Positions 39,446-50,911 of a DNA stretch of 64,000 nucleotides are shown piece by piece. The stretch is from NCBI GenBank assembly GCA_964016885.1, contig OZ024755.1:26784001-26848000 (forward strand), read 5' to 3'. Every line of letters begins with the position of its first letter. Position 1 is the first letter of the stretch. Made by a program: the position numbers and the translations under genes. This stretch comes from Eledone cirrhosa (Eukaryota). The notes beneath the pieces were generated by a model. The model did no database searches and had not been told where the DNA came from. It was given only the letters and a program-made list of their open reading frames with translations.

Positions 39446-40480
39446 TTTTATCTCGGTACCAGCCCTACCATTTTACAGTGTGAACTAAGTGAAGTTTATC
39501 TTGGTATCAGCACTACCATTTTACAATGTGAACTAAGTGCAGTTTATCTTGGTACCAGCACGGCCATTGTACAGTGTGAACTAAGTGAAGTTTATGTTGG
39601 TACCAGCACTACCATTGTACAGTGTGAACTAAGTGTAGTTTATCTTGGTACCAGCACTACCATTTTACAGTGTGGACTAAGTGAAGTTTATCTTGGTACC
39701 CGCACTACCATTTTACAATGTGGGCTGGGTGCATTTTATCTTGGTACCAGCACTACCATTTTACAATGTGGGCTGGGTGCATTTTATCTTGGTACCCGCA
39801 CTACCATTTTACAGTGTGGGCTGGGTGCATTTTATCTTGGTACCAGCACTACCATTTTACAGTGTGGGCTGGGTGCATTTTATCTTGGTACCAGCACTAC
39901 CATTTTACAGTGTGGGCTGGGTGCATTTTATCTTGGTACCCGCACTACCATTTTACAATGTGGGCTGGGTGCATTTTATCTTGGTACCCGCACTACCATT
40001 TTACAATGTGGGCTGGGTGCATTTTATCTTGGTACCCGCACTACCATTTTACAGTGTGGGCTGGGTGCATTTTATCTTGGTACCCGCACTACCATTTTAC
40101 AATGTGGGCTGAGTGCATTTTATCTTGGTACCCGCACTACCATTTTACAATGTGGGCTGGGTGCATTTTATCTTGGTACCCGCACTACCATTTTACAATG
40201 TGGGCTGGGTGCATTTTATCTTGGTACCCGCACTACCATTTTACAATGTGGGCTGGGTGCATTTTATCTTGGTACCAGCACTACCATTTTACAGTGTGGG
40301 CTGGGTGCATTTTATCTTGGTATCAGCACTACCATTTTACAGTGTGGGCTGGGTGCATTTTATCTTGGTATCAGCACTACCATTTTACAGTGTGGACTAA
40401 ATGAAATTTATCTTGGTACCAGCACTACCATTTTACAGTGTTGACTAAGTGCAGTTTATCTTGGCACCAATACTCCAATT
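39446..40480. repeat. 48-bp minisatellite, about 21 copies plus degenerate flanks (39230-39330, 40480-40565)
   Basis: Unit TTATCTTGGTACC(C/A)GCACTACCATTTTACA(A/G)TGTGGGCTGGGTGCATT. Confidence 0.95.
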
Positions 40481-41123
40481 TCAGAGAATGGGCTGGGAGT
40501 ATGTTACTGTGGCATCAGCACTACTTCATTACAGTGTGGACTTAGTACATTTTATTATGTTACCTGTAAATATACACCCTAAAAATGAATTAGCAGTCAA
40601 GATAATTATAATTGTAATTTCAGTTTTTACTTATAAATTGGGTTTATATTGGAACAGATAATAAAGCAGTTTTACTTGTCTCCAGTTGAAACATAAAGTG
40701 ACATAGCATTTTTTAATTTTTCTCTATTTCCACGTAATTATATTTTACAATTCCCCATATTCACAATGTATTTTATTTTTATGAACCAGTAAGAGCAGTA
40801 AAAAAAGTAATTTTATTTCCAATTATATTTATTTCCTCAATATTAACGAAAATAAAGTAAATTTCAGAATGCAAGAAAACTGGTGATGGTCTGCATCAAC
40901 AACAACCAGTCAGTGTAAAATTCAAGATTTGTAGAATTGATTTTCTGTGATGAAAGTAGCCTAAAGTTTTGGGGACGAGACACAAAGGCCTGTGATGGAA
41001 GAATCTTAGAATAATTGACTGGGCAAAGATTTTAAAAAGGAAAGCAGGAGGCTACCAGTTGTTATTAAAGACAAAACACTCAACAGAAAATCTGTTTTTA
41101 AAGACACATATATCTAACCATAA

Positions 41124-42108
41124 GTGAAGGCATGTGGCTTAGTGGTTAGAGAGTTGGATTCGCAATCATGACGCTGCAAGTTCAATTCTCAGACTGAGTG
41201 ATGCATTGTGTTCTTGAGCAAGACACTTTATTTCATGTTGCTCTTACTGCCAGGAGTTGCGACTGGCAAATAGTATCAGCAATGGAAAGACCAATGGAAA
41301 CATTGTTTCATTGGTCCGATTTGATGAGGTCCACCCCATTTGGCAACTAGATGTATGCAGTAGATGTACAGGGAAATTAGACAGTAGAAGTCGCACTGAT
41401 AGACACATTTTTCAGATGCAGGAGGGCGCTATAGAAGTGGTGGATAGCTTCCGGTACCTAGGAGATCAGATTAGCATGGGAGGAGGGTGTTCCGAGGCCA
41501 TAGTATCTAGAATAAGGACGGGTTGGAAGAAGTTTAGGGAGCTGCTTCCTCTGTTGACGAAGAAGGGTTTCTCCCTGCATACGAAAGGCCGGTTGTATGA
41601 TGCCTGTGTGAGGAGCGCGATGCTGCATGGTAGTGAGACATGGGCAGCTACCGCAGAAGATATGCGACGGCTGGAGAGAAATGAGGCAAGCATGCTCCGT
41701 TGGATGTGCAGTGTAAATGTGCGTGAACGACCCAGCATAAATGTGTTGAGAGAGAAACTGTGTCTGAGAGGGATAGAATGTAGTGTACGGGAGAGGAGAC
41801 TGAGGTGGTATGGACATGTGATGCGCATGGAGGATGACCGATGGGTGAAGAAGTGCCAGGAAATGCCAGTTGAAGGAAGACGTAGTAGAGGTAGACCACG
41901 AAAAACATGGGCGGAGGTGGTGAGAACAGACCTCAGATCATTGAAGCTCACGGTGGAGATGACGAGGGACCGTGACGAGTGGAGAGATGCTGTGCTGAAT
42001 AAGACCCGTCCCACCCTTGCAAGCAGGGAAAAGCGGACGTAAAATGATGATGATGAATGATGATGATGATGAGGTCTGGGATCTTGTCACTTGATCAGAG
42101 CAAGTAAA
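41124..42108 (+). mobile_element. tRNA/CORE-like SINE split by an RTE insertion
   Basis: A box TGGCTTAGTGG, B box AGTTCAATTC, CTTGAGCAAGACACTTTA; outer direct repeat ATCTAACCATA at about 41112-41122 and 42110-42120. Confidence 0.7.
41332..42066 (+). mobile_element. Young RTE-clade LINE 3' fragment (end of RT plus C-terminus), open frame
   Basis: EVVDSFRYLG...GRLYDACVRSAMLHGSETW...RLRWYGHVMRM...RGRPRKTW; (TGA)n tail; TSD TGATGAGGTC at 41322-41331 and 42067-42076. Confidence 0.9.
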
Positions 42109-42559
42109 CATCTAACCATAGTGGAGAATTTTCACAAATGTTAATGTTGCAAGTTCAAGATGTAGACTAATATAGTTAATTACTGGCTGCAAAATGTTAA
42201 TCCTGGAGGATTGTAAATGTAACATGATAAAAGTGTGGTTGAATATTCAGTTATTGTTGTGATCTAGACCCAGATAAACATTGATCCAGCACATATCTAT
42301 AATCAAAGATATTCCAGTTGTAACCAACCTGTATGTTTGTATATCTATGACTTTATTGTACATTATGTCCTTCCAGTTTTAAGACAGTAAGGTGTGATTT
42401 GAGGAGAATTTGGCTGCTATTTCTGACAAGTTGAGTGACTCTTGTAGACATTCTTTCATCGGTATGTTGAATTTTCAGTAGACTAGGTAATGAATTTAGT
42501 TAAGAAGTCAATGTACAGGTAGGAATACATCAGGTCATAACAGAAGAGTTTAAGACTGG

Positions 42560-43020
42560 CTGTCTACAGGAATTTCTGTATGGTTCATCTAGTCAAATCT
42601 GTGAAATGGCTAGAGAAGAATTTCTACCTGTGGAAACAGAACTTAGAATCAAAAAGGCTCAGAGTAAACTTGGCAAAAACCAAAGTTTTAGAAAGTAGGA
42701 AAGAAGTGGCCTTGCTTGATATGTAGAAAAGGACAGGTAGAAACACTATATGATGTATGCAACGTAAATCTTGGGTACACAAGAGGTGTAGTAGGATAGC
42801 AGGCAAACTAACAGAAAAGGTAAGCTTTGTATGTAGCAGATGTACAGGAACAGTTGGTAGTAAGAGCATCAGTGAAATAAATTTTCTGAATCCCAGAAAG
42901 ACTCCATAGAAACAATTGATAGTGTGCAATTTGGGATACAATCAAGCTAGATGAGAGGCAATTTGGCTTTATACTAGATAGGGGTACTTCCAATGACCTC
43001 TTTATGGTGAGACAACTGGT
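42560..43020 (+). mobile_element. Older decayed copy of the same RTE family
   Basis: WKQNLESKRLRVNLAKTKVL and WVHKRCS...FVCSRCTG fragments. Confidence 0.6.
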
Positions 43021-43174
43021 TCAATAACCGGATGGTTGTTTATATATTGTCAAAGCTCTTTCATCACACATTCTGTGACCTCCTCAGTGACTAGTTTCTT
43101 ATTTTGTGTCTCTCCTTTGTTCTGTCCTACACTATCTTATTTATATATATATATACATATACATGACATAACTA

Positions 43175-43440
43175 TTGCACCTCAACTGATCCAGCTTTCT
43201 TAATACCATACCAAAACATATCAAAACAGAAAACAGATCCCATGTAATTTAAAAGGTCCCTGAACAAATTCCTCAAGAACTTATGGATAAACCCTCTACA
43301 CCTAGATGTGTCCCTGGAAAGAATAACTCCTTACTGGAGTGGACCATGGTGTCCAAAATATGACTGAGGTGTGAATTATGGTCTGAAAAACTTTGCCCGG
43401 TAGTACTATTAAGCTAGACATGACCTGGGTGCATACACAA
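43175..43440 (+). mobile_element. CR1-clade LINE 3' remnant
   Basis: FKRSLNKFL...DKP...NSLLEW-like terminal motif. Confidence 0.45.
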
Positions 43441-43446
43441 TAACAA

Positions 43447-43699
43447 AATATAAACAAACGTATTTATTTCACGAGGCTCGACAACAGCAAGAACAACAAC
43501 AAAAAAGAGAGGGAACGCAATTACATGCTTTTGAAAAATCTTAATGGAAAATTATTTGCCTATTCACCCAAGGCGACTTCACTTTTTATTAGGACTTCTG
43601 CATCAATTGGTGAACATACGATGAAACTGTTTCAGAAAGGAGGGATAAACATGCCAATGTATGTTTAGAATCCCGAGCAACGCTGGGCCATTCTGCTAG
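43447..43699 (+). mobile_element. Non-autonomous Helitron 3' part
   Basis: Hairpin CCCGAGC-AAC-GCTGGG, then CTAG|T at 43696-43700. Confidence 0.6.
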
Positions 43700-43700
43700 T

Positions 43701-44206
43701 ATATATATAAAGTTGTATTCCTGTCTGTTTGTTTGTTTGTTTGTTCACGAACTACTCCTATGGTTTTGGAGATAGACCCCCATAACCATATATATTCTGA
43801 AACTACATTGCCCAGGGTACTTGGATAAGTATATTTCATTTTAATCAAAGGGCTTCCCGGGGGGCACAAAACCCCCGCTGAAAATGTTTTCCCTTCGATT
43901 TATATGAAATTTAAACCATAGGTAAATGACAAGATATGATGCCTATTTACAAAAGTTTTGAATTGATATTTTGGAAAAAAATAATTTACAAGAAACAAAA
44001 TAAGAATTAGATTTAATAATGTAATTTTGATTTGATATATTACAAAAAATAATGTTTTCCAATTTTTCATGCATTACATTTTACATTGAGTAATATAGAA
44101 ATACAGAGTTTTTCTCCATAAATTATATCACTGATTTAAAATCAATCATCATTTTCTAACAAAAAAAAATGTGTGAAACGTAGCAAGGCACGGGTAATTC
44201 GGCTAG
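43701..44206 (+). mobile_element. Second non-autonomous Helitron in tandem
   Basis: Starts TATATATAAA...CTGTCTG(TTTG)n and ends CGTAGCAAGGCACGGG...CTAG|T. Confidence 0.6.
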
Positions 44207-44445
44207 TATATATATATATATTAACGGGATCTTCTGTTTCAGAAGATCCCGTTAAGGGTGGAAGCAGCGATTCTTTGCTTAAACTTTAATCAGTTATTTT
44301 AATAAATATTTGCTCTAGGGTTCTTATATATTTATCCTTATCGAGCCCTCTTTGGATTTTAGTCTTCATATTTATTATTATTACTATATACCAGCTACAA
44401 CTTCGATTCATACCTAATATCATGTGTGTGTATATATGTGTGTGT

Positions 44446-44617
44446 GACCTGCCAATCTCTAAAAACCAAAAACAGGGCATACCATGAAAAAAAGTGCCCC
44501 GAAACCGGGAGAAACACAGCAAAATGGGGAGATTTGACATTTTCACAAGAGAAGACATCTCCCACCCACTTTGGGGTAGGAGATCTACCCGTCGGACGAG
44601 GAGAGTTGACAGGTCTG
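44446..44617. mobile_element. MITE with (CA)GACCTG(T/C)CAA TIRs
   Basis: GACCTGCCAATCTCT ... GAGAGTTGACAGGTCTG; related fragment at 27054-27135. Confidence 0.55.
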
Positions 44618-44833
44618 ATATATAAATGAAAACATTTAAGAGAAAGAGGGGGAGGTCAATAGAAGTGGATATAACGCTATTTTATTGCCAAATTCGTCAA
44701 AGCTTAATGTGTTAGTCGCACAGGGAAAAAAAAACATAGAGTATGATAATTTAATTCAGATGATGAACGAAAGGCTTGATCGAGTTGAAATTTGAACCCG
44801 ATCAAACCTTTGTTTCATCACCTGAATTGTGTA

Positions 44834-44904
<71 letters not shown>

Positions 44905-45339
44905 AAAGAGAGAGATGGGGGAGGGGTTTGTGTGTGTCTGTCTATACAAACAGATATAGATAGATATGTGTCTATTTATTTATATTATAGTTAAGATTAT
45001 ACATAAATACTCACACGTACACGTACATATGGGGTGGGGTTCGAATGTGTCTGTCTCTCTCTATATAGATATATAGATATATAGAACTATATAGATATAT
45101 AAAGAACTCACAGATACACATACATATAGGGGGTTCTAATGTGTCATCATCATCATTTTATTTGTTTGTGTATAATATATATATATAGTACTCACACGTA
45201 CACATATATATAGGGGGGTTCGAATGTGTCTGTGTGAGTATATATATATACATACATATATGAGTACCCACACATATACATACATACATATAAATAAAAG
45301 TATACACACACAGATGCTTGTATACATTTATTCATATAC

Positions 45340-45423
45340 ATACGAACGCCCGTCACAGGGAGAAGCTGCTGCTGCGACGCCGTTTTTTTGTCCTTCGCCA
45401 GTGTGCTTCGTTTTCGAACGCAG
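45340..45423 (+). promoter_or_regulatory. Putative 5' UTR first exon of the RING gene
   Basis: CpG-rich stretch ending in CAG|GTAAAG, with T-rich sequence downstream; a second donor CTG|GTAAGT at 45999/46000. Confidence 0.4.
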
Positions 45424-46598
45424 GTAAAGAATTGCCTTCTAGTGTGTATGGCTCTACTTATTTATTATTACTACTGCCGCCTACCACCTTTAATTTTTCT
45501 TTTCATTCTCCTCTCTTACCCGAAACGTCTTACCTAACGTTTACCCTTAGTGAACAATCGTCTTGATGAAAAAAAAAAAAAAGTTTTGAAAACTTACGAC
45601 ATTGTTTAATATAATTTATATAATAATCAAATCAAATCAAACCAAACTGTTCGATGTTGTTGTCTTCTTGCCTGCTGAATGACAGACACTCGTAACACTT
45701 CTCAAATTGTTTAACTTAGCTCTCCTCTATTCTTAAGAACCTAGGACTTCTTTGTCATATTTAAATGGTCTGTCTGATTTTACTTTAATATTAGGGGGGA
45801 AAAATTAATCTATATATATAGATATATATATATATCTATATATATATCTATATATATATAAAATTCAAGAGACGAAAACTTTTTTCTCTTATTCGGTTTG
45901 TCAATTTTTATTGTTTGTCTCTGAACTTTAAAACAAAATAAAAATACCGGCTTAACTGTTCTGAGCAAACTCCTCGCTACTATTTTTCCTTTTTACCTGG
46001 TAAGTTTTTTTTATTTTCTTTATATATTATTAAATTTCTTTGAGATGTTTATGTTTTCGAAACCTTGTTCTTTGAATGTTTCTTTCAGAAATTACTAATA
46101 AACCATAATTTTCTGTAAAATGTTATATTTGACACATTTGAGCCATTATTTCAGTTGCAGTTCTTAAACTAGTTGTTTCTGTGGGGTTTTTTTTTTTATT
46201 AAGCGAACATTAAGACCTAACTAATATATTTTGTTTGTATTTGTTATATTAAACATAATTTAGTGCTTATTTTACTTCTTTCCATGTTTCTTAACTCTTC
46301 AACGAAAAAAAAAAAATCACACCAAAATATTCTTTCCAAATGGTTTCTGTGACATTCAACTTTTTTAGAGCTCGCATTTTTTTATTTATTTTTTTTTTTT
46401 TCCACCACACGATTTTTCTGTTAACGATTTTTATAGAAATTTTAACATTTTATTGTATAGTAAATAGGTTCCTTCCAACAAAACTGTTATCAATTTTCTT
46501 CTTTAATCTCCAAAGTGCTCTGCGTCTTGCAACCAAAAGAGAAAAAGATATCGTCTGCCTGACTAATGGCGATATATAAATGTCGTCAGTTCAGTTGA

Positions 46599-46629
<31 letters not shown>

Positions 46630-47424
46630 CTACCGGATATCATTTTATCATTTACTTCTGGAAAACTATTTCTTACGTAATTTTTTTTTTTTAAATCTTT
46701 TTTTTTTTTTTTTTTAGACTTTTCATGTATACGAAAATTATATTACTTCCATTAAGTATTTTATATAAATTTATCCTAAAATAAATATAATATAATATAT
46801 ATAATCTTGTTCCCTCGTCAGTCAATCTCCAACCCACCTCACACTTTGTGGCTTGAAGAGACTGTTTTCTGTTGTCATCTTGTAAACTCTGTATTTATTC
46901 ACCGTGTAAGTTATGCCATTTTGGTCTAATTAGAAATCAATGTAATTTACCATTGAAGTTATGGCGAAACGGTTGTCATTGGTATGGCGCATTTACCAGT
47001 TCAGATCCCGCCAAGGTTTAGAAACTATATGACAATGAAGCAAGCACCCACATAATTGTATTTATATATTACCTTAACTTGAGCAAATTAAGAGACAGCT
47101 ACATGGTATCTCAACGTAGTAGAAATGGCAGCTACATCTCATCTAATAAGATAACGTAGTGTGTCTTATTAGTCTAAATTAAAATGAAGCGCTGTTGATC
47201 ATAGCTTTACTCTCAGTTCTGACTTGGGGATAAACAACAAACGCTACTTAATAAAATATCATTTTTGATAGTCCTTGAAGTTATCTCCAAACTAAAATTT
47301 GTGAACGCAAATCAAGCACGCCTATGATCAAATGTATACTGCAAAGGTTTCGCTAGGATTAGAAAACAAAAAAAAGTTGATACTGTTCAAGGTTTTACAA
47401 CACACACACATGTATGTATATACT

Positions 47425-47469
<45 letters not shown>

Positions 47470-47473
<4 letters not shown>

Positions 47474-47502
47474 GGTGGAGGAATTCGGGAGAGTCAACGG
47501 CC

Positions 47503-47540
<38 letters not shown>

Positions 47541-47860
47541 TCTTTGTGGTGCAAGACTCAGTCTTCTTTAAGACATCTCTCTAGAAGGTCACTCTGATAT
47601 AAAACCTGCCACTTTGTTTGCATCCAATGATGTAAACCAGTTCTTTGTAAATGCATTTGATGTTGAGAGACTGGGATTGGTTCCGTGCAAAACCGTACTT
47701 CGCTTTAAAAAAAAAAAAGAGCTTCAAGCACAGGCATCGTTTGATGTGAGATTTTCTCTGATGCATAGCATTGTTGGCCATAGGTAAGCCCCTAGCAGGA
47801 CTGAAAGGCCACGTTCATGTTTAAGTATCAAGCGATGACATTACTCGAAATCGAGTTGCA
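47470..47860 (+). mobile_element. Bipartite RTE-derived element subfamily B
   Basis: Colinear with about 21000-21385. Confidence 0.7.
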
Positions 47861-48493
47861 TTATATATATGTCGACGTTTACCAGTCATAAAGTGGTGGT
47901 TTGTCACTTTTGGACGTTTGCAGTAGGCACAATTTGTTATACTAGAAAATGCGTGGCATTCTTTTACAAGTCGCATTAGTTGATTGTAAAGTTATATTTG
48001 TTTTTAATGGAACTACATTTTGCTACAATCTAAATTTCCATCAAATCATACTCTACCACCTTAGAAATAGACAGATTCTGTAGATGCACAATATCCGAAA
48101 GAAATAATTGACGAGACAGCAACGCTTTTGATCGTAGATCTGTTGAATCAAGGTTGATTTGTGGTTAAACTCGGTGAGGAAGAGCCAAATTCTTTAAAAT
48201 GAAAATGAATCAGTAGAATAGGAAATATTAGCGCCGGCAGTTCACAAATTGGAAATATCCAACCTTAGCCAGGTTATCTTTCATTGATCGTTTCCTGATG
48301 CGAGATTCTCTGCAAAAAAAAAGTCTGGACCTAATGTGACGATGGGCTCACTGTCGTCCAGTCATCAGTTCAACCTAATCTGGGACGTAATTCTAATCTG
48401 TAAGGGGGAATAGCTGATGTAGTAGTGTTGCCGGCTGTTCTCCATGGCAATGCTTTTGCCATCTTAATAGCAGGCACTATTGAGATAAACGGC

Positions 48494-48620
48494 CCTTGCC
48501 ATTCTGAGTTCAAATCCCGCCGAGGTTAACTTTGCCTTTCATCCTTACGGGGTCGATAAAATAAAGTACCAGTAATACACTGAATAATTGCTGGCCTTGT
48601 GCCAAAAATAGAAACTATTG
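48494..48620 (+). mobile_element. Meta/MESC-like SINE, 5' truncated, with TSD
   Basis: Flanked by the direct repeat ACTATTGAGATAAAC. Confidence 0.8.
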
Positions 48621-48707
48621 AGATAAACAGCCACATCTGAAGTGTAGTTTAACCTCTCTCCCGCTTTTTTTTTTTTTGTTTATTTTAATAATTTTTGCTA
48701 TTTAAAG

Positions 48708-49018
48708 TACTTTCGGGTCCCCAATAATAGGATGGGTGGGATAAACGGTGGGGTGTTTTATTTTTGTTTTGTTTTTTAACCAGAATTAGCCGTTTAGACC
48801 CGAAACCAATTTTATATGTATGGGATTTTTATTAACATACTTTTGTCATGTATAACGATTTTTAATGTATGAAGATAATTAATTGTCGCAGGAATGCTAC
48901 TACTTAAAAGAAATTTTCGAGGGAGATAGATAGATGAGCAAAATTTAGTAAGTGGGGGTTGGGGTCTGAAAAATTTATAAACGTGGGTGGGGGACGATTA
49001 TTCGGGACAACGAGAGTA
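48708..49018. mobile_element. Tc1/pogo-like MITE
   Basis: TA-CTTTCGGGTCCCCAATAAT ... ATTATTCGGGACAACGAGAG-TA imperfect TIRs. Confidence 0.55.
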
Positions 49019-49852
49019 CTTATACCATTGTTCTTTATTTACGATGAAAAAGGAATCTAACAATGTGTATGTATAAAATCGTGTATATTAGCCACATTGG
49101 AGTCCAACGTTTCATCCAAGTTTATATGGAGGGGGCGGATTAAGTTTCCATCTTTATATTTTCACTCTACGGTTTACAATGACTGATGATAGAATAGAGA
49201 AAATAGCCGTTATTGATTTTTACAAAAATGCTTTTTGTTTTTTTTTAATCATTATTTTACAAGATGATGATTATTGTGTGACTTTAAATTGCTAAAAGAT
49301 ACAATTGTATATAAAGGGATTTAACCACTTAGTTATTAGTCTATTATCTCACAGTGATATAGTGTTTCGTTGACGAGAGACGGCTTGGAACTTTAACTCA
49401 TGAACTTAATTCGTCATCCGAAATGTTCGTAAATCGACCCTATTTCTCTCATACGAAATGTTGAAATACTGTGAAACTTTGAAAGACATATCAGCAAAGT
49501 AACTAACTATACAGCAAGTGATGTTTTCTCGTCGATACTCCCAGCTTGTCCCCAACTGTTGTTGCCGGCTTGGCGTGTTCGTCACCCGAGACGTTTTATG
49601 TTCCGTAAATTGTTCATGAGGCGTTCGTGGACCGAGGTGCCAATGTTCCAGTAGCATTCAGCACTTAATGTGGAAGTTCATAGTTGCAGCAACATTTAAT
49701 GAATGAAACCAAATTTTATGCAGAATCTTAAATTGCATTTTATATTATTAATGCTACTGAATAGAATAGTTTTCCAACTTGTGCATTTTGCATTGGCGTG
49801 AGGAAGTAGTGAAGTTGCTCTGGTGCAGTCTGCAATATTTGGAAACAGATAT

Positions 49853-50186
49853 GGAGGCACATGGCTTAGTGGTTAGAGAATTGGCCTTGCAATCGAAAGG
49901 TTGTGAGTTCAATTCTCAGACCGGGTGATGTGTTGTTTCCTTGAGCAAGACACTTTATTTCACATTGCTCCAGTTTACTCAGCTGTAGAAATGAGATCAC
50001 AGGGACTGGGGTCCCTATCATTCCACTGCAAAGTGGTCGTGGAGGTGCCCACGGCAAAAATGCACCCAGCACTCACTGTAAATGAGGTTGATGTTAGGAA
50101 GGGCATCCAGCTGTAGAAATCGAGCCAGAATCAGTTCCCGTCCCACCCTTGCAAGCAGGGAAAAGCGGACGTAAAATGATGATGAT
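49853..50186 (+). mobile_element. tRNA/CORE-like SINE with RTE-derived 3' end
   Basis: A/B boxes, CCTTGAGCAAGACACTTTA, AGGAAGGGCATCCAGCTGTA; last 50 nt identical to LINE 42005-42054. Confidence 0.85.
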
Positions 50187-50651
50187 AGTGCTCAGAAGAA
50201 CCATTTTGATATACTTCACACGAAAACTCGTTTGTCCATGCTAATAAATGAAGCATGGTTACATCTGAAGTCTCTAAGCTTTTCATCAATTTATTGAGTT
50301 ATATTCTTTAGCAGGTTGAACATTTTTCACTAAGATGAATATGTTCTTTAAAAGTTCATAGAAATTTTCAACAAAGGAGGAAACATAAAGGGAAATAATA
50401 TAGTCTAAATCTCAAATCTATTGCGAGGGAAATTATTTTGCAAAAATATTGAGGGTAGTGTCTCTTCACTGGGGGTGTGTGTGTTAATAATTGGGTATGT
50501 TATAGCTAATGGTTATCATAATCTGTAAAAATATCCGTTCAATTCATTAAACTTTAACTTTTGAACCCCTCTATTTTGTAGTTGTAGAATGGATTGGAGG
50601 TTTTAGCGATTTTCAAAGCAAATTATCTTGTTTTTTAATCTTTAAGATAAA

Positions 50652-50911
50652 ATGTACACATCTCCACTACGTGATGCCTTGCTGCCAACTAACCGGAATA
50701 ATGGAGCAGAATCTAGTTTTCACCCTAGGTTTTCATTGTCACCTAACGAAAGTACTGCGGAGTCTGTGCTCTCGACTACCTCCTCTAACGTGTGCTTGAA
50801 ACCCCTAATGGGCCATCAACAAGGTGATGAGACGTACTATATTGCTAGTCAATGGCTTGGTCAAACTGATGCAGCAGTTAGCAATCTCCAGCATAGTTCC
50901 TTAACCAACAG
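50652..50911 (+). CDS. RING gene coding exon 1
   Basis: Acceptor tttaag|50647, ATG at 50652, donor AG|GTAAGA (phase 2). Confidence 0.75.

Noticed and set aside
39446-40480. CRISPR-like array, or a repeat-protein gene (ORFs 39681-40404)
   Set aside because: Units are contiguous with no unique spacers, there are no cas genes and the context is eukaryotic. The ORFs arise because 48 is a multiple of 3, and no splice or start context supports them.
41257-42042. Intact 261-aa host gene
   Set aside because: 5'-truncated RTE ORF read in from SINE sequence, bounded by a TSD.
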